In this document: piece after piece, positions 32,923 to 34,343 of the stretch
Position numbering within the stretch: position 1 is the first letter of the stretch
Layout: every line of letters starts with the position of its first letter
Sequence record: BK067790.1
Length of the DNA: 34,343 nucleotides
Direction: 5' to 3' (one strand)
Made by a program: the position numbers and the translations under genes
Notes under the pieces: generated by a model
Databases searched by the model: none
Told to the model about the DNA's origin: nothing
What the model saw: the letters and a program-made list of their open reading frames with translations, nothing else

Positions 32923-33516
32923 ATGCCACAGTCCAGACTTCCAGACATTAATTCTGCGTTCATTAGGTATAGAAGCGAAGCCATTCACGCTTTACAGACT
33001 AAGAACTGGTCTGCCATGCATGGTGCATTAAACGGTATTAACTCATTGTTGCCAGTTGATTATCAGGTTATAATATCAAGCCAAGACTATGAGCAACTGG
33101 CAAAGACTGAGATAACTTATGCTTGTGGCAGTTGTAGTGAATCCATAGACAAGTCTAATGTTCAGGTTTTTGAGCTAATGCCTGACAGTATGCAATCGTT
33201 ACTACATGGTCGAACGTTTAATAAAGTATGGAATTGTATAAAATGTCACAGTACGAATATGTTGAACACTACTGCCATTTCACAGACAATGCTTCAGAAC
33301 CCTACATACTTGGGAATTGTACCTGACCCACCTGAAAGAAAAAATGGACTTATGGATAGAATGAAGTTTAACATAGAGATTGAAAGATGGGGTTGGCTTT
33401 TACTAAACGAAGAAGAATATAAGATGGCAAAGTTTAGAGATGATAACTGGAACAAGGGTGATGAAGAAATGGGTGATATTGACAATTCATTAGATGATAA
33501 AGAGGGCGATACATAA
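32923..33516 (+). CDS. Zn-finger-containing hypothetical protein (197 aa)
   Basis: YACGSC...WNCIKC; TAATG-coupled to the ATPase; TTTATGTACAAA repeated upstream (32867, 32895). Confidence 0.8.
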   Translation: MPQSRLPDINSAFIRYRSEAIHALQTKNWSAMHGALNGINSLLPVDYQVIISSQDYEQLAKTEITYACGSCSESIDKSNVQVFELMPDSMQSLLHGRTFNKVWNCIKCHSTNMLNTTAISQTMLQNPTYLGIVPDPPERKNGLMDRMKFNIEIERWGWLLLNEEEYKMAKFRDDNWNKGDEEMGDIDNSLDDKEGDT

Positions 33517-34343
33517 TGCCAATAACCACAACCACAAAAAAGATAGTTGCTAAAGGTGAGAATAAAGCACCATTAACTACTCATTGGAAGGGGGTATCTA
33601 TGGTTAGAAATCATTCGTTTTTGGCAACTGTCAGGGAAATTATTAACTTCAGTGCAGAAATTGACGTATGCAGAATTGGTCTTATTGGTTCAATGCACTC
33701 AGGAAAATCTACGTTAAGTCAGTCCATAGCCCATGCCATACACAAACACGCAGACTTGCAATACAAGATTAAGGTTTTGTATAAAGAAGACTTGTTAAAC
33801 TTTGAAAAGACATTACTGGCATTGGAACCAGTCAACTATATTTTGATATTTGATGATGTATCGTTTATGGGTGCTAGTGCAAACAAGAAACAAATTGAGA
33901 TGGTAAAGTCAGCCGTAACCACAATCAGACATCTGGACGGGGGACGGGACGTTAAGGTTATCGTAATGATGAACTATCACTATTCTATGGGACTTGACAA
34001 ATATCTCAGGTCGGCTGATTTCAAGTATATCACAACGGTAGATTCTTCAGAAAATGAAAATTTGATTAATATGTTTGGTAAAAAATACCAGCAAAAGATT
34101 CTGGACTTTAAAAAGTACAGACACATGGCTATTACCAAAAAGTATTGGCTTATGAAAATATCAAAAGACGGTGGACTATTCAAATATGAATACAGAAACC
34201 CGTTCATTCCTGTGATGTTTTGGAACGAAAACTCGTTACGTTTTATTGTGTCACCTACTAGACAGTGGCAAGACCCGATTTGTTCAAAATGTTCTGAAGC
34301 TACAACTTCAGGCGAATTAGAGTCAGACGTTCCTATTGAACAG
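33516..34343 (+). CDS. P-loop ATPase, probably A32/FtsK-HerA-type genome-packaging ATPase (continues at 1..240; ~355 aa)
   Basis: IGLIGSMHSGKST (Walker A), YILIFDD (Walker B), TIRH...VIVMMNYH...LDKYLR; CxxC near the end. Absent from the ORF track because it has no stop inside the window. Confidence 0.85.
   Translation, partial: MPITTTTKKIVAKGENKAPLTTHWKGVSMVRNHSFLATVREIINFSAEIDVCRIGLIGSMHSGKSTLSQSIAHAIHKHADLQYKIKVLYKEDLLNFEKTLLALEPVNYILIFDDVSFMGASANKKQIEMVKSAVTTIRHLDGGRDVKVIVMMNYHYSMGLDKYLRSADFKYITTVDSSENENLINMFGKKYQQKILDFKKYRHMAITKKYWLMKISKDGGLFKYEYRNPFIPVMFWNENSLRFIVSPTRQWQDPICSKCSEATTSGELESDVPIEQ

Noticed and set aside
33516-34343. ATPase as an Orc1/Cdc6 initiator
   Set aside because: The RH motif after Walker B followed by a hydrophobic strand and L..YLR fits A32/FtsK-HerA packaging ATPases better. 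It is not fully excluded, given the nearby ORB-like repeats and a possible C-terminal HTH.
1-34343. tRNA genes or a tRNA-derived attP
   Set aside because: Only isolated GGTTCAAGTCC matches; no cloverleaf or T-stem plus acceptor stem could be built by eye.
1-34343. Tailed (Caudoviricetes) virus, or amoC/other metabolic AMGs
   Set aside because: No terminase nuclease, portal, HK97 capsid, tail tube or Amo motifs were recognised; the structural genes are small hydrophobic membrane-type proteins.

Overview
The window appears to be a complete, circular 34,343-bp genome of an archaeal spindle-shaped (fusiform) virus, most likely infecting marine Nitrososphaeria/Nitrosopumilus-like ammonia oxidisers. 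Circularity is inferred because a P-loop ATPase ORF starting at 33516 runs off the right end on a codon boundary and continues in frame at base 1. The structural module contains a two-helix SSV1-VP1/His1-like major capsid protein, a second small two-TM protein, several membrane proteins, a 2,300-aa FN3/LamG adhesin with C-terminal TM helices and a 1,570-aa Lys-rich protein. The replication/recombination module has two RHH regulators, a putative SSB, a PD-(D/E)xK resolvase-like nuclease, a PAPS-reductase-family protein, a D5-like SF3 helicase with no recognisable primase domain, and a short tyrosine recombinase. A leftward array of about 26 small genes spans 25.5-32.2 kb. I saw no DNA polymerase, terminase/portal/HK97 capsid, tRNA, CRISPR or reverse transcriptase. 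The strongest unexplained signals are (1) a conserved ~17-20 bp motif at the gene junctions of the leftward array, including exact duplicate pairs that bracket whole genes like exchangeable cassettes, next to the recombinase; (2) ORB-like repeats with G-strings in inverted orientation around an AT-rich tract, resembling a cellular archaeal oriC although no orc1/cdc6 is evident; (3) a second nested-palindrome element ahead of the RHH-helicase operon; and (4) more than 20 Zn-binding micro-ORFs, many missed by the ORF track. All family assignments come from motif recognition by eye, not database searches.
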